Origin: Gemmatimonadota bacterium
Lineage (GTDB): Bacteria > Gemmatimonadota > Gemmatimonadetes > Gemmatimonadales > GWC2-71-9
Assembly (NCBI GenBank): GCA_036679605.1
Contig: JAZDCZ010000243.1
Coordinates: 32,001-96,000 of the forward strand
DNA: 64,000 nt
Reading direction: 5' to 3'
Of the stretch, positions 56,435 through 64,000 are shown one piece after another. A model generated the notes under the pieces. It made no database searches. It was not told where the DNA came from and saw only the letters and a list, made by a program, of their open reading frames with translations. Position numbers and translations under genes: made by a program. Each line of letters begins with the position of its first letter. Position 1 is the first letter of the stretch.

Positions 56435-58687
56435 CTAAACCACTCCGACCCGCTTGACGATTGCGTCGAACCGGGGGTCGGAACGCAACGGTGTGTAACC
56501 TGGATCTAAGTGCACGTAAATCAGGCCGGCCGAGCGTGCCTGAAGGGCCCTTTCGAGATACGTGAGAGCCTCATCGTTCTTTCCCAATGCTGCGAAACCC
56601 ATGGCAAGGATTTCGGAACGCATGTATTGCTGGCGTGCCTCTTCCTCTAACCTCCCCAGGATTGCTTCGGCTTCTTCAGGCTCGTCCATTGCGGCGAGGG
56701 CTCTAACAATGTGTGCATCGTATGACCGCACACTGGAATCACACGCTTGGCCCTTACGAAACCAGTCTAGCGCCTCCTCGGCGCTTCCTTGGGCCAGCAG
56801 TGAAGATCCGATATCGACATAGGCTTGGAAGTACTGCGAATCGATCTCGATAGTCTTGTTGCTCTGAGCTACGGCCCCTTCGTAGTCTCCCGCATAGAGC
56901 AGAAATCGGCCCAGCCAGCGACTGAAGAACGCAGACAGTGGATCGAGGTTGAGAGCTTTCCGCATCTCCTCGATTGCTTCGTCCAAGCGTCCGACCGTCG
57001 GCAATACACTACCGAAGACGAAACGAGCCTCAGCATAGTTGGGACTCGATGCAACGGCACGGCGAAGCTGTTGCTCGGCCCCGGCAAAATCCCATTCGTA
57101 CCAGCACAGCACCTTGCCGATGGATGTGAGCGCCTCTGTTAGTTCTGACTCTTGCTCCAACGCCCGTTGGGCCGCCGCCTTGGCCCGCGGATAGGCGTCG
57201 TCGGGCACGACCCAGTCATCGGCAAGGTTGCACCAGCAGTCGGCGATTCCCGCATATGCGCGTGCGTAGGCCGGATCCTGGAGTAGCGCTTTCTGGAAGA
57301 AGTCCAGGCCTTTCCGGATGTCCGGTTCGGTGAATTTGTTGAAGAAAAACCGTCCCTTCAGATAGAGAGTATATGCCTCCATGTTATCTGTTGTGGGGAC
57401 GACAATCTGACCTGTGTCTCCAACGAGCTGCACTCTCAATGCATCTACAATGGCCCGCGAAATCTCATCTTGGATTGCGAAGACGTCTTCGAGCTGGCGA
57501 TCGTAGGTCTCCGACCAAAGATGGTACCCGTTGGCCACGTTGACGAGCTGAGCGGCGATTCTGATCCGGTTGCCCACCTTGCGTACGCTGCCTTCGAGCA
57601 CGGATGCCACTCCCAACTTCTCTCCAATTAGGCGAATGTCTGTCACTTCACCCTTGAAAGCAAAGGATGAAGTTCGCGATGCCACTTGTACTCCAGGAAC
57701 TTTTGCCAAGGCATTGATAATTTCTTCCGTCATGCCGTCACTGAAGTATTCGTTCTCAGGGTCTGCACTCATATTGGCCAGGGGCAGGACTGCGATCGAC
57801 TTTTGGGTAGGCGCGGTGTGTTTGGCTTCTGCCGGGGCGGCTTGTTGCGTACCACGGCCCGAGATCAGCCGCAGGGCCTTTACGAACTCTGCTGCCGATG
57901 CGAATCGGTCGACGGGGGTGCGAGCAAGAGCCCGAGCCACGGCATCGTCAACCGATTCTGGAACGTCGCGTGTGGTCCTGACCTTAGGTATGGGCGACAC
58001 GAAGCGTTTGGTGATGATAGCCTGGGCGTTGGGCCCGGTGAATGGTTGCTCGCCGCTCAGCATCTCATAAAAGACACAGCCGAGGCTGTACAGGTCGGTG
58101 CGCCCATCGACTTCCCCTTCGCCCATCGCCTGCTCAGGACTCATATAGGCTGGTGTCCCAATCGCAATCCCCGTTTGGGTTATCGGTCCACCGGCATCGC
58201 TCAGGGCCTTGCCGATGCCGAAATCGGCTACCATCGCGGCCCCTTCATGGAGCAAAATGTTCTCAGGTTTGATATCTCTGTGAACAACCTTCTGGCGATG
58301 AGCGTAGTCGAGTGCTGAAGCGACCTCGAGTGCGATCCGGACCGCTTCCTCCAGCGCCAGCTGGCTCTCTCGATCCAAGCGCTCTCTCAGAGACTGGCCC
58401 TCCATGCTGGGCATTACGTAGAACAGCAGGCCATCGACCTCGCCCGAATCGTACAGGGGGAGGATGTGCGGGTGCGTAAGGCCGGCCGCGAGCTTGATTT
58501 CACGCAAAAAGCGCTCTGCTCCTATCTCGGAGCCGAGTTCGGGTCGTAGGGCCTTGAGCGCAACCTTGCGGTCGTGCCGTAGATCGTGGGCCAGGAATAC
58601 GATGGCCATTCCACCCTGCCCTAGTTCTCGCTCGAGGGAATACTTGCCGGCAAGACCTGCTTCGAGGCGTTGTTGAAAACTGTTCAT
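56435..58687 (-). CDS. Ser/Thr protein kinase-TolB-TPR, paralog of 8936..11185
   Basis: Same motifs and architecture, with long near-identical stretches (e.g. ENEYFSDGMTEEIINAL, WSETYDRQLEDVFAIQDEIS). Confidence 0.92.
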   Translation of the reverse strand: MNSFQQRLEAGLAGKYSLERELGQGGMAIVFLAHDLRHDRKVALKALRPELGSEIGAERFLREIKLAAGLTHPHILPLYDSGEVDGLLFYVMPSMEGQSLRERLDRESQLALEEAVRIALEVASALDYAHRQKVVHRDIKPENILLHEGAAMVADFGIGKALSDAGGPITQTGIAIGTPAYMSPEQAMGEGEVDGRTDLYSLGCVFYEMLSGEQPFTGPNAQAIITKRFVSPIPKVRTTRDVPESVDDAVARALARTPVDRFASAAEFVKALRLISGRGTQQAAPAEAKHTAPTQKSIAVLPLANMSADPENEYFSDGMTEEIINALAKVPGVQVASRTSSFAFKGEVTDIRLIGEKLGVASVLEGSVRKVGNRIRIAAQLVNVANGYHLWSETYDRQLEDVFAIQDEISRAIVDALRVQLVGDTGQIVVPTTDNMEAYTLYLKGRFFFNKFTEPDIRKGLDFFQKALLQDPAYARAYAGIADCWCNLADDWVVPDDAYPRAKAAAQRALEQESELTEALTSIGKVLCWYEWDFAGAEQQLRRAVASSPNYAEARFVFGSVLPTVGRLDEAIEEMRKALNLDPLSAFFSRWLGRFLLYAGDYEGAVAQSNKTIEIDSQYFQAYVDIGSSLLAQGSAEEALDWFRKGQACDSSVRSYDAHIVRALAAMDEPEEAEAILGRLEEEARQQYMRSEILAMGFAALGKNDEALTYLERALQARSAGLIYVHLDPGYTPLRSDPRFDAIVKRVGVV

Positions 58688-58741
58688 AGGCCACCTAAGA
58701 TGTAGCGAGACACCTCGTGCTGCCAGTGGCCAGGTCCGTGG

Positions 58742-59188
58742 CTATTGAGTGGTGGTGATGTAACGCAGGATCTCGACTACAGCCTCGGGCGTTTCAGCAA
58801 CCGCTAGTGCTGCAGCATCGACTTCCTTCAAGGGATGAGTCAGTTCGTGGTCGTGTAGTGTGATGATGGGTTTCTTGAGTGCTGCTGCATAACCTGCATC
58901 GAAGGCTGCGTTCCATTGTCTGTACTTGTCTCCAAACTTTACGATCACGATATCAGAACGCTCGATCATCGTTCTGGTTCTCATGGTGTTTATTTTTCCG
59001 CCCTTGTGATCTCTCCAGAACGGCTTTTCCTCTTTTCCTAAGATCTCCACTCCGACTGCATCACTTGCCGGATGATCCGTCACGGGCGAAAGAGTACTCA
59101 CGGGCAGTTTGGCAGCAGCAATCCCATCCTCGATTTGCTTTCTCCAGTCCGAGTGAATCTCACCGGCCAGATAGATGGTTAACTCCAA
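58742..59188 (-). CDS. ytoQ: YtoQ family protein
   Basis: IYLAGEIHSDWR, PVTDH.ASD, FG.KYRQWNAAFDAGYA.AL, H.LKEVDAAA. Confidence 0.88.
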   Translation of the reverse strand: MELTIYLAGEIHSDWRKQIEDGIAAAKLPVSTLSPVTDHPASDAVGVEILGKEEKPFWRDHKGGKINTMRTRTMIERSDIVIVKFGDKYRQWNAAFDAGYAAALKKPIITLHDHELTHPLKEVDAAALAVAETPEAVVEILRYITTTQ

Positions 59189-59233
59189 TTACTCCTGCCA
59201 GATGCGATGATGAATGTCGGTGAGAACGCAGTC

Positions 59234-60823
59234 TCACGGTGCCGGTCTGAGTTGTTGCTCCCACACTTGTCCTAATCGCGCCATGATAGCGGCATATCGC
59301 TCGATCCCCTCCCACAGATTCTGAATCCGCAAGTTCTCGTTGGCCGCGTGTTGATTGTTGTCATGGTTCACCATGGGCACTGTGATTAGCGGGACTCCAA
59401 GTGCGCCCTCGAACTCGAAGAGCGGAAGGCTACCACCCAGCAACGGAACCGTGACGATCTTTTCGTCCGCAGCCTCTTGGACAACCCGAACGATTGACCG
59501 GGAGATCGGAAGATCCATCGATGTTCTCATTGCCGGGTAGCCTGGGGCCCAATTGACTTGTGCAACTTTTTCGTGGCTGCGCCGAGTTGCAGTATCCGGC
59601 TCTTGATGCACTATGTAGAAACCTTGATCTCTGATGTGGCGCTCGACCAGTTCGCGTACGCGCTCAGGTGATTGATCCGGCACTAGCCGGAAATCGACGT
59701 TGGCTGTGGCGCTAGATGGAATTGCATTGCGAGCGTTGCGGCCCACACTGCCGGCTGCCATCCCTTCGAAGTTCATTGCCGGCAGCATTATTTGCTCCAT
59801 GAGGCGCGCGCCGTTTCCTAGGGTCCGGCCGAGTGACAGTTCGCTCTTCAGTATCGACTCGATATCTGGTGCAGAGGCCGCGATGCTGCGCTCGGTTTTC
59901 GTCACGGGGCGGACGTCGTCGTAGAAGTCCTCAATGAGGATTCTTCCTTCCTCGTCCCGCATGCCGGCCAGCAAGCGGGTCAGCATCACCATGGGATTGG
60001 GTGCCCAGTTACCGTAGTGCCCGGAGTGAAGCACACGCGTTGCGCCGTAGGTCGTGATCGCCATTCCCATTACGCCACGCACCCCAAAAACGACTTGTGG
60101 GATCCTTGTCTGGTGGACGGGGCCATCGCAGAAAATCCACGCGTCCCCGGTCAAAAACTCCTCATATCTTCTCAGGTAGGCTCCCACATGAGCGGACCCT
60201 GCCTCTTCCTCCCCTTCGAAGAAAAACTTGAGGTTCATCGAGAGCGGTATGCCGTTCGCGTTGAGGGCATCGATGGCTCGCAGCATCGCTATTATGGGTG
60301 ATTTATCGTCACTTGCGGAGCGGGCATAGATACGCCACTCCGGATCAATGCCGGTTCTAATCGTGTCCCAGGGCAGTTGTAGGCCACCGGCTTCCAAGAT
60401 GCCACTTCTCAGTGTGGGACTCCAGGGGGGATTTTCCCAGCGTGCGGTGTCGACCGGTTGTCCATCGTAATGCGCGTAAAAGACTACGGTTTTCTGGGCG
60501 TTGGGTGCACGGAGTTCGCCCATTACTACCGGAGAGCTGCCCTCAACCTCTAGTATTCGGGCCTGGGCGCCACGTTTCTGCAGCAGTTCGACGAGGTGCT
60601 CTGCGTTCCGCACGATGTTAGCCCGATCTCGTGCCACATTCGGGATCGCGAGCAATTCGCGTAGCTCATTTATGATATCAACTTCGTGGTCGCTTCGGTA
60701 ATTTCTGACAGCCTCCCGTACCGAGCCGGCGTCAGGTCCTTGTGCGGCAACCACAGTGCAGGGGACCGCGGCGGACGTCAGTCCTGCAAGGGTCAGGAGT
60801 GTTCTGGAACTCAAGGTTCGCAC
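59234..60823 (-). CDS. M20/M25/M40 family metallopeptidase, exported
   Basis: YAHYDGQP, YARSASDDK, EGEEE.GS, HSGHYGN, H.NNQHA.NEN; GTG start with GAGGAG SD. Confidence 0.88.
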   Translation of the reverse strand: MRTLSSRTLLTLAGLTSAAVPCTVVAAQGPDAGSVREAVRNYRSDHEVDIINELRELLAIPNVARDRANIVRNAEHLVELLQKRGAQARILEVEGSSPVVMGELRAPNAQKTVVFYAHYDGQPVDTARWENPPWSPTLRSGILEAGGLQLPWDTIRTGIDPEWRIYARSASDDKSPIIAMLRAIDALNANGIPLSMNLKFFFEGEEEAGSAHVGAYLRRYEEFLTGDAWIFCDGPVHQTRIPQVVFGVRGVMGMAITTYGATRVLHSGHYGNWAPNPMVMLTRLLAGMRDEEGRILIEDFYDDVRPVTKTERSIAASAPDIESILKSELSLGRTLGNGARLMEQIMLPAMNFEGMAAGSVGRNARNAIPSSATANVDFRLVPDQSPERVRELVERHIRDQGFYIVHQEPDTATRRSHEKVAQVNWAPGYPAMRTSMDLPISRSIVRVVQEAADEKIVTVPLLGGSLPLFEFEGALGVPLITVPMVNHDNNQHAANENLRIQNLWEGIERYAAIMARLGQVWEQQLRPAP

Positions 60824-61329
60824 TATTTGCTCCTCCTCTTTTTTTCCCGGGATTTTCGTAGCGTCTCTCTGAATTGCTTGCGCCGTTCCTCGACTCCGTC
60901 TATTGCCTCTTCCACGCTGTGCCCTATCGACGAACTTCCAGGGATCCTTGAATCCTTGGCGAACCACACTTCATTTCCCTGCTCATCGACTTCCATAGAG
61001 ACATCGATGCCCACCTCTCCAGTGTCGTCTGAAGGGATCTCATCGTCATTATTCTCGTCGTTGGTCTCCCGCGCCCGCCGCAACACTTCGCGGTACTCAC
61101 GCTTCCGTTCCTCTATGCCTTCGATCGCCTCATTCGCGCTGTCGCCAGTGGCTATCTTTCCAGGGAGGCTCGAATCTTCCGCGTACCAGATCTCATTGCC
61201 CTTCTCGTCTATCTCCATGGATGTCTCGACTTTATGCTCGCCGGACGGGTCGTCCATCGGCGGCTCGCGGTCTAGGTCCGCGTCGTTTTCGTCGAACTCA
61301 TCGTTTTCGTCGTAACGGTCCGTAGTCAT
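60823..61329 (-). CDS. Acidic protein with two tandem HicB-like N-terminal repeats
   Basis: WYAEDSSLPGKIATGDSANEAIEGIEER and WFAKDSRIPGSSSIGHSVEEAIDGVEER. Confidence 0.6.
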   Translation of the reverse strand: MTTDRYDENDEFDENDADLDREPPMDDPSGEHKVETSMEIDEKGNEIWYAEDSSLPGKIATGDSANEAIEGIEERKREYREVLRRARETNDENNDDEIPSDDTGEVGIDVSMEVDEQGNEVWFAKDSRIPGSSSIGHSVEEAIDGVEERRKQFRETLRKSREKKRRSK

Positions 61330-61392
61330 CCGGGGCCCTTTCTGGTGCCGGGAAAATGGCATATGAGTCGCGCCGCGTCAAAGGTCCCTTAC

Positions 61393-62676
61393 CTACGCGC
61401 CCAAGGCCCTGTCAAGATTCTCAACCAAGTAGTCGGCGTTTTCCCTGGTGAACACTAGCGGCGGCTTGATCTTGAGTACGTTATGAAGCGGGCCGTCGGT
61501 GCTCAATAGAATCCCTGCACTCTTCATTCTTTCGACTACCTCGGTCGCGAAATCGGCGGCTGGCTGCCGGGTCTCCTTGTCCCGAACGAGCTCGACACCG
61601 ATGAAGAGCCCCATTCCACGCACGTCCCCGATCGTGGCACAGCGCGTAGCGAGCCGTTCGAGTTCGCCCTTCAGATGGTCACCCGCTAAGCGCGCGTTGT
61701 CTTGTAGTTGCTGTTCTTCTATGACGTCTAGCACGGCTATACCAATCGCGCACGAGACCGGATTGCCGCCGAACGTATTGAAATATTCCATTCCGTTGTC
61801 GAATGACCGTGCGATTTCAGGAGTAGTGATGACGGCGGCCATGGGGTGTCCGTTACCGATGGGCTTGCCGAGCGTGACGATATCTGGGATAACGCGCTGT
61901 GTCTCGAATCCCCAGAAGTGAGTGCCGACCCGCCCGAAACCCACCTGCACTTCGTCCGCTATGCAAACGGCGCCGGCCTCGCGCGCGTACCGGTAGGCCG
62001 TCTCGAGGTAGCCGCTGGGAAGCACAATTTGCCCACCGCATCCCAAGAGTGACTCGCAGATGAACGCCGCGATCTTTCTGTCATCCTTTTTGACACGATC
62101 GATAGTGCCCCGGACATAATCAGCATAGCTCGTTCCCGCCGTAGCCGGGTCGGAGTGCCGCCCCCGGTAGGTGTCCGGCATCGGAACCTGGTGCACGTGC
62201 TTCGGTGCTCCCGACCCGCCTGGTCCGTCATACTTGTAGGGGCTGATATTGATCAGCGCGCTGGTGTTCCCGTGGTAAGCCCCGTCAAGAACGATGATGT
62301 CGCCACCGCCTGTATGCGCCCGCGCCATCCGAAGTGCAAGGTCGTTCGCCTCGCTGCCCGAACACACGAGGTAGCAGACGCTCAGCGGATCGGGAAACAA
62401 CGCCGTTAGCCGCTGCAAATACTCGACCCGTTTGTGATGCAGGTAACGGGTGTTGGTATTGAGAGTAGCGATTTGGTCTTGCGCGGCCTGCACCACCTTG
62501 GGATGGCAGTGCCCCACGTGACAGACGTTGTTGACGCAGTCGAGGTACTCTCTTCCCGCATCATCATACAGGTATTGCATCGACCCACGTACGATGTTGA
62601 GCGGGACGCGGTATGCGATGCTAAGCGAGTCACCGAAGTGCTTTCGTCTGGTCTCGAGGATCTCGCTCGTCTTCAA
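61393..62676 (-). CDS. Class III PLP aminotransferase-fold enzyme (AGXT2L/PHYKPL-like phospho-lyase)
   Basis: [67 protein letters not shown]. Confidence 0.88.
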   Translation of the reverse strand: MKTSEILETRRKHFGDSLSIAYRVPLNIVRGSMQYLYDDAGREYLDCVNNVCHVGHCHPKVVQAAQDQIATLNTNTRYLHHKRVEYLQRLTALFPDPLSVCYLVCSGSEANDLALRMARAHTGGGDIIVLDGAYHGNTSALINISPYKYDGPGGSGAPKHVHQVPMPDTYRGRHSDPATAGTSYADYVRGTIDRVKKDDRKIAAFICESLLGCGGQIVLPSGYLETAYRYAREAGAVCIADEVQVGFGRVGTHFWGFETQRVIPDIVTLGKPIGNGHPMAAVITTPEIARSFDNGMEYFNTFGGNPVSCAIGIAVLDVIEEQQLQDNARLAGDHLKGELERLATRCATIGDVRGMGLFIGVELVRDKETRQPAADFATEVVERMKSAGILLSTDGPLHNVLKIKPPLVFTRENADYLVENLDRALGA

Positions 62677-62677
62677 G

Positions 62678-63736
62678 TTAGCGCTCTCCCTCTGTCCGGC
62701 TCACGCCGATGAGTTGTTTGAACGCGCGCTTTGCCTCGTCGGCGCCCACCTTGGCCAGGAGTTCCAGTGCGCTCCATGCGGGCCGCTCGGAGATGGCCAG
62801 GTATTGATTGTCGGCGACTTGATCCGCACTGCGGGCTGAAATCGTGACGCTGATACATAGTCTCATGCAGATCAGGTTGTACAGTAATTCCAGCTCCAAG
62901 CCTGTAATGGGAGACACTGTGTTGTAGCCGGCGGCGACTTGGGCCGCAGCCGTTATGGGGTCACTCTTGTCGAGCAGTGCGTACGCCGAGGCGATGCAGA
63001 GTTCGAACACCGTGCGTGTGTAGAGGAGCTCCCCGAAGTCTATGATTCCAACCACCTGCTGTGAGCCGGACTTGGGGTTTCCAACCATAACGTTGTAATC
63101 GTTCCCGTCGTTGTGAATCACACTCCTCTTCAGTTCGGACAGTCTAGGCGCTGTCTCGGTTTCGAACTGGACCAGAAAATTCTCGATTAGTGCCCGCTGC
63201 TTGGAATTGGTGATGGAGTCGATGTACCTGCGGACCGTGTTGCTCGCGTTCTCGAGATCCCATGCCGTATTGCGCTTGGTAGCGGGGTGGGCAAAGTCCG
63301 AGAGCGCGACGTCGAGTCTTGCGAAGAATCGTCCGATGTCACGTAGCAGGGTAGGGCTATGTGAGTCGACGGTACCTAAGGGAACTCCCGGCACGAACGT
63401 AAGCAGGCGAACGAAGTGCGATACGCCGGGTTCGGCCTCGACCTCGTTGATCGTGTCACCTGACGTGGCCCCCACTACTTGAGGGCAGCCCAATGACGGA
63501 TCCCGCTCCGCGACGCACTGCATCACCCGGTTCTGCGCGTCGATGGTATCGAGAAGCGTGTCCCCGTTGGAGACCTTCAGGATGAATGTCCCGCCCGACG
63601 CGTCTCGCAGCAGGAAGTTCTGGTCGCGGTCGCTCGGCAGCCCGCGTGCCATGGTCGACATTCCGTACAGGTTGTAGGCGAGGGCAACTGCCTGTTCGTC
63701 GTTGAACTGCGGAACCTTCCCTTGTGCCAGAGCCAC
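62678..63736 (-). CDS. APH-family phosphotransferase (hydroxylysine kinase-like)
   Basis: [42 protein letters not shown] start with GGAGG SD. Confidence 0.85.
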   Translation of the reverse strand: MALAQGKVPQFNDEQAVALAYNLYGMSTMARGLPSDRDQNFLLRDASGGTFILKVSNGDTLLDTIDAQNRVMQCVAERDPSLGCPQVVGATSGDTINEVEAEPGVSHFVRLLTFVPGVPLGTVDSHSPTLLRDIGRFFARLDVALSDFAHPATKRNTAWDLENASNTVRRYIDSITNSKQRALIENFLVQFETETAPRLSELKRSVIHNDGNDYNVMVGNPKSGSQQVVGIIDFGELLYTRTVFELCIASAYALLDKSDPITAAAQVAAGYNTVSPITGLELELLYNLICMRLCISVTISARSADQVADNQYLAISERPAWSALELLAKVGADEAKRAFKQLIGVSRTEGER

Positions 63737-63873
63737 GTGTCCTCCGAAAACTGTGCAGGAGGAGAGTACAGTATGTGGCGACTCATCGCGAGAGGTACGG
63801 CGGGTTTCTCGCGGGTTCCTCTTCTCGAATTGAGCAATAGGTTTAACCGAGGCATTTCGGAAGTGGTGGTACA

Positions 63874-63999
63874 ATGCAGGCTTCGTATGTAGTATCTGTG
63901 GCCGCTGTTGTAGTCCTCGCATGTGGGGGCGACAGCGGTACGGGCGGCCGCTGGGCTGGAACGGTCGATACGCTCGAAAACGGCGTGGTTCTGGTGAGC
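63874..63999 (+). CDS. Partial lipoprotein (probably another 6-bladed beta-propeller), runs off window
   Basis: MQASYVVSVAAVVVLAC GGD...WAGTVDTLENGVVLVS; lipobox VLAC; N-terminus resembles 31154..32389. Confidence 0.55.
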   Translation, partial: MQASYVVSVAAVVVLACGGDSGTGGRWAGTVDTLENGVVLVS

Positions 64000-64000
64000 A

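Noticed and set aside
8936..58687. Inverted kinase paralogs as ends of an invertible or mobile segment
   Set aside because: The DNA is clearly diverged at synonymous sites, and no recombinase, transposase or terminal repeats were seen.
1..64000. Genome-wide UGA reassignment (genetic code 4/25) as the explanation for in-frame TGA
   Set aside because: Many genes end in TGA at family-typical C-termini (e.g. the Omp85 terminal Phe) and in NTGA stop/start overlaps, so TGA is a normal stop.
1..64000. tRNA, rRNA, CRISPR arrays, IS elements
   Set aside because: The GGTTCGA-like hits I noticed fall inside CDSs without cloverleaf context; no regularly spaced repeats or transposase motifs were found by eye.

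Overview
Gene-dense, moderately GC-rich bacterial chromosomal segment. The gene families resemble Gemmatimonadota (Ser/Thr kinase-TolB-TPR paralogs, Oar-like receptor, duplicated ADOP permease, 6-bladed beta-propeller lipoproteins); this taxonomy is inference. I found no rRNA, tRNA, CRISPR array, IS element or prophage. Main blocks: (i) two TLC/Npt-like nucleotide-transporter genes divergent from an Omp85-barrel gene whose N-terminal domain carries atypical-kinase motifs; one transporter ends in a TGA followed by an fdhF-like SECIS hairpin and an open 20-codon tail, so it is a candidate selenoprotein; (ii) a ~14 kb translationally coupled operon korA-korB-(inactive PFOR-domain paralog)-rnfB-giant PFOR-rnfCDGEA-small Cys-rich protein, with rnfC apparently starting at CTG; (iii) an AhpD-like CxxU selenoprotein with a clear SECIS; (iv) an RHH + nucleotidyltransferase TA-like pair with its operator; (v) a YtrA/GntR-ABC module with two probable pseudo-peptidase membrane proteins; (vi) assorted periplasmic enzymes and peptidases, a hydroxylysine kinase/phospho-lyase pair and an orphan tandem HicB-like protein. 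All functional calls come from motif recognition by eye; no database search was run.
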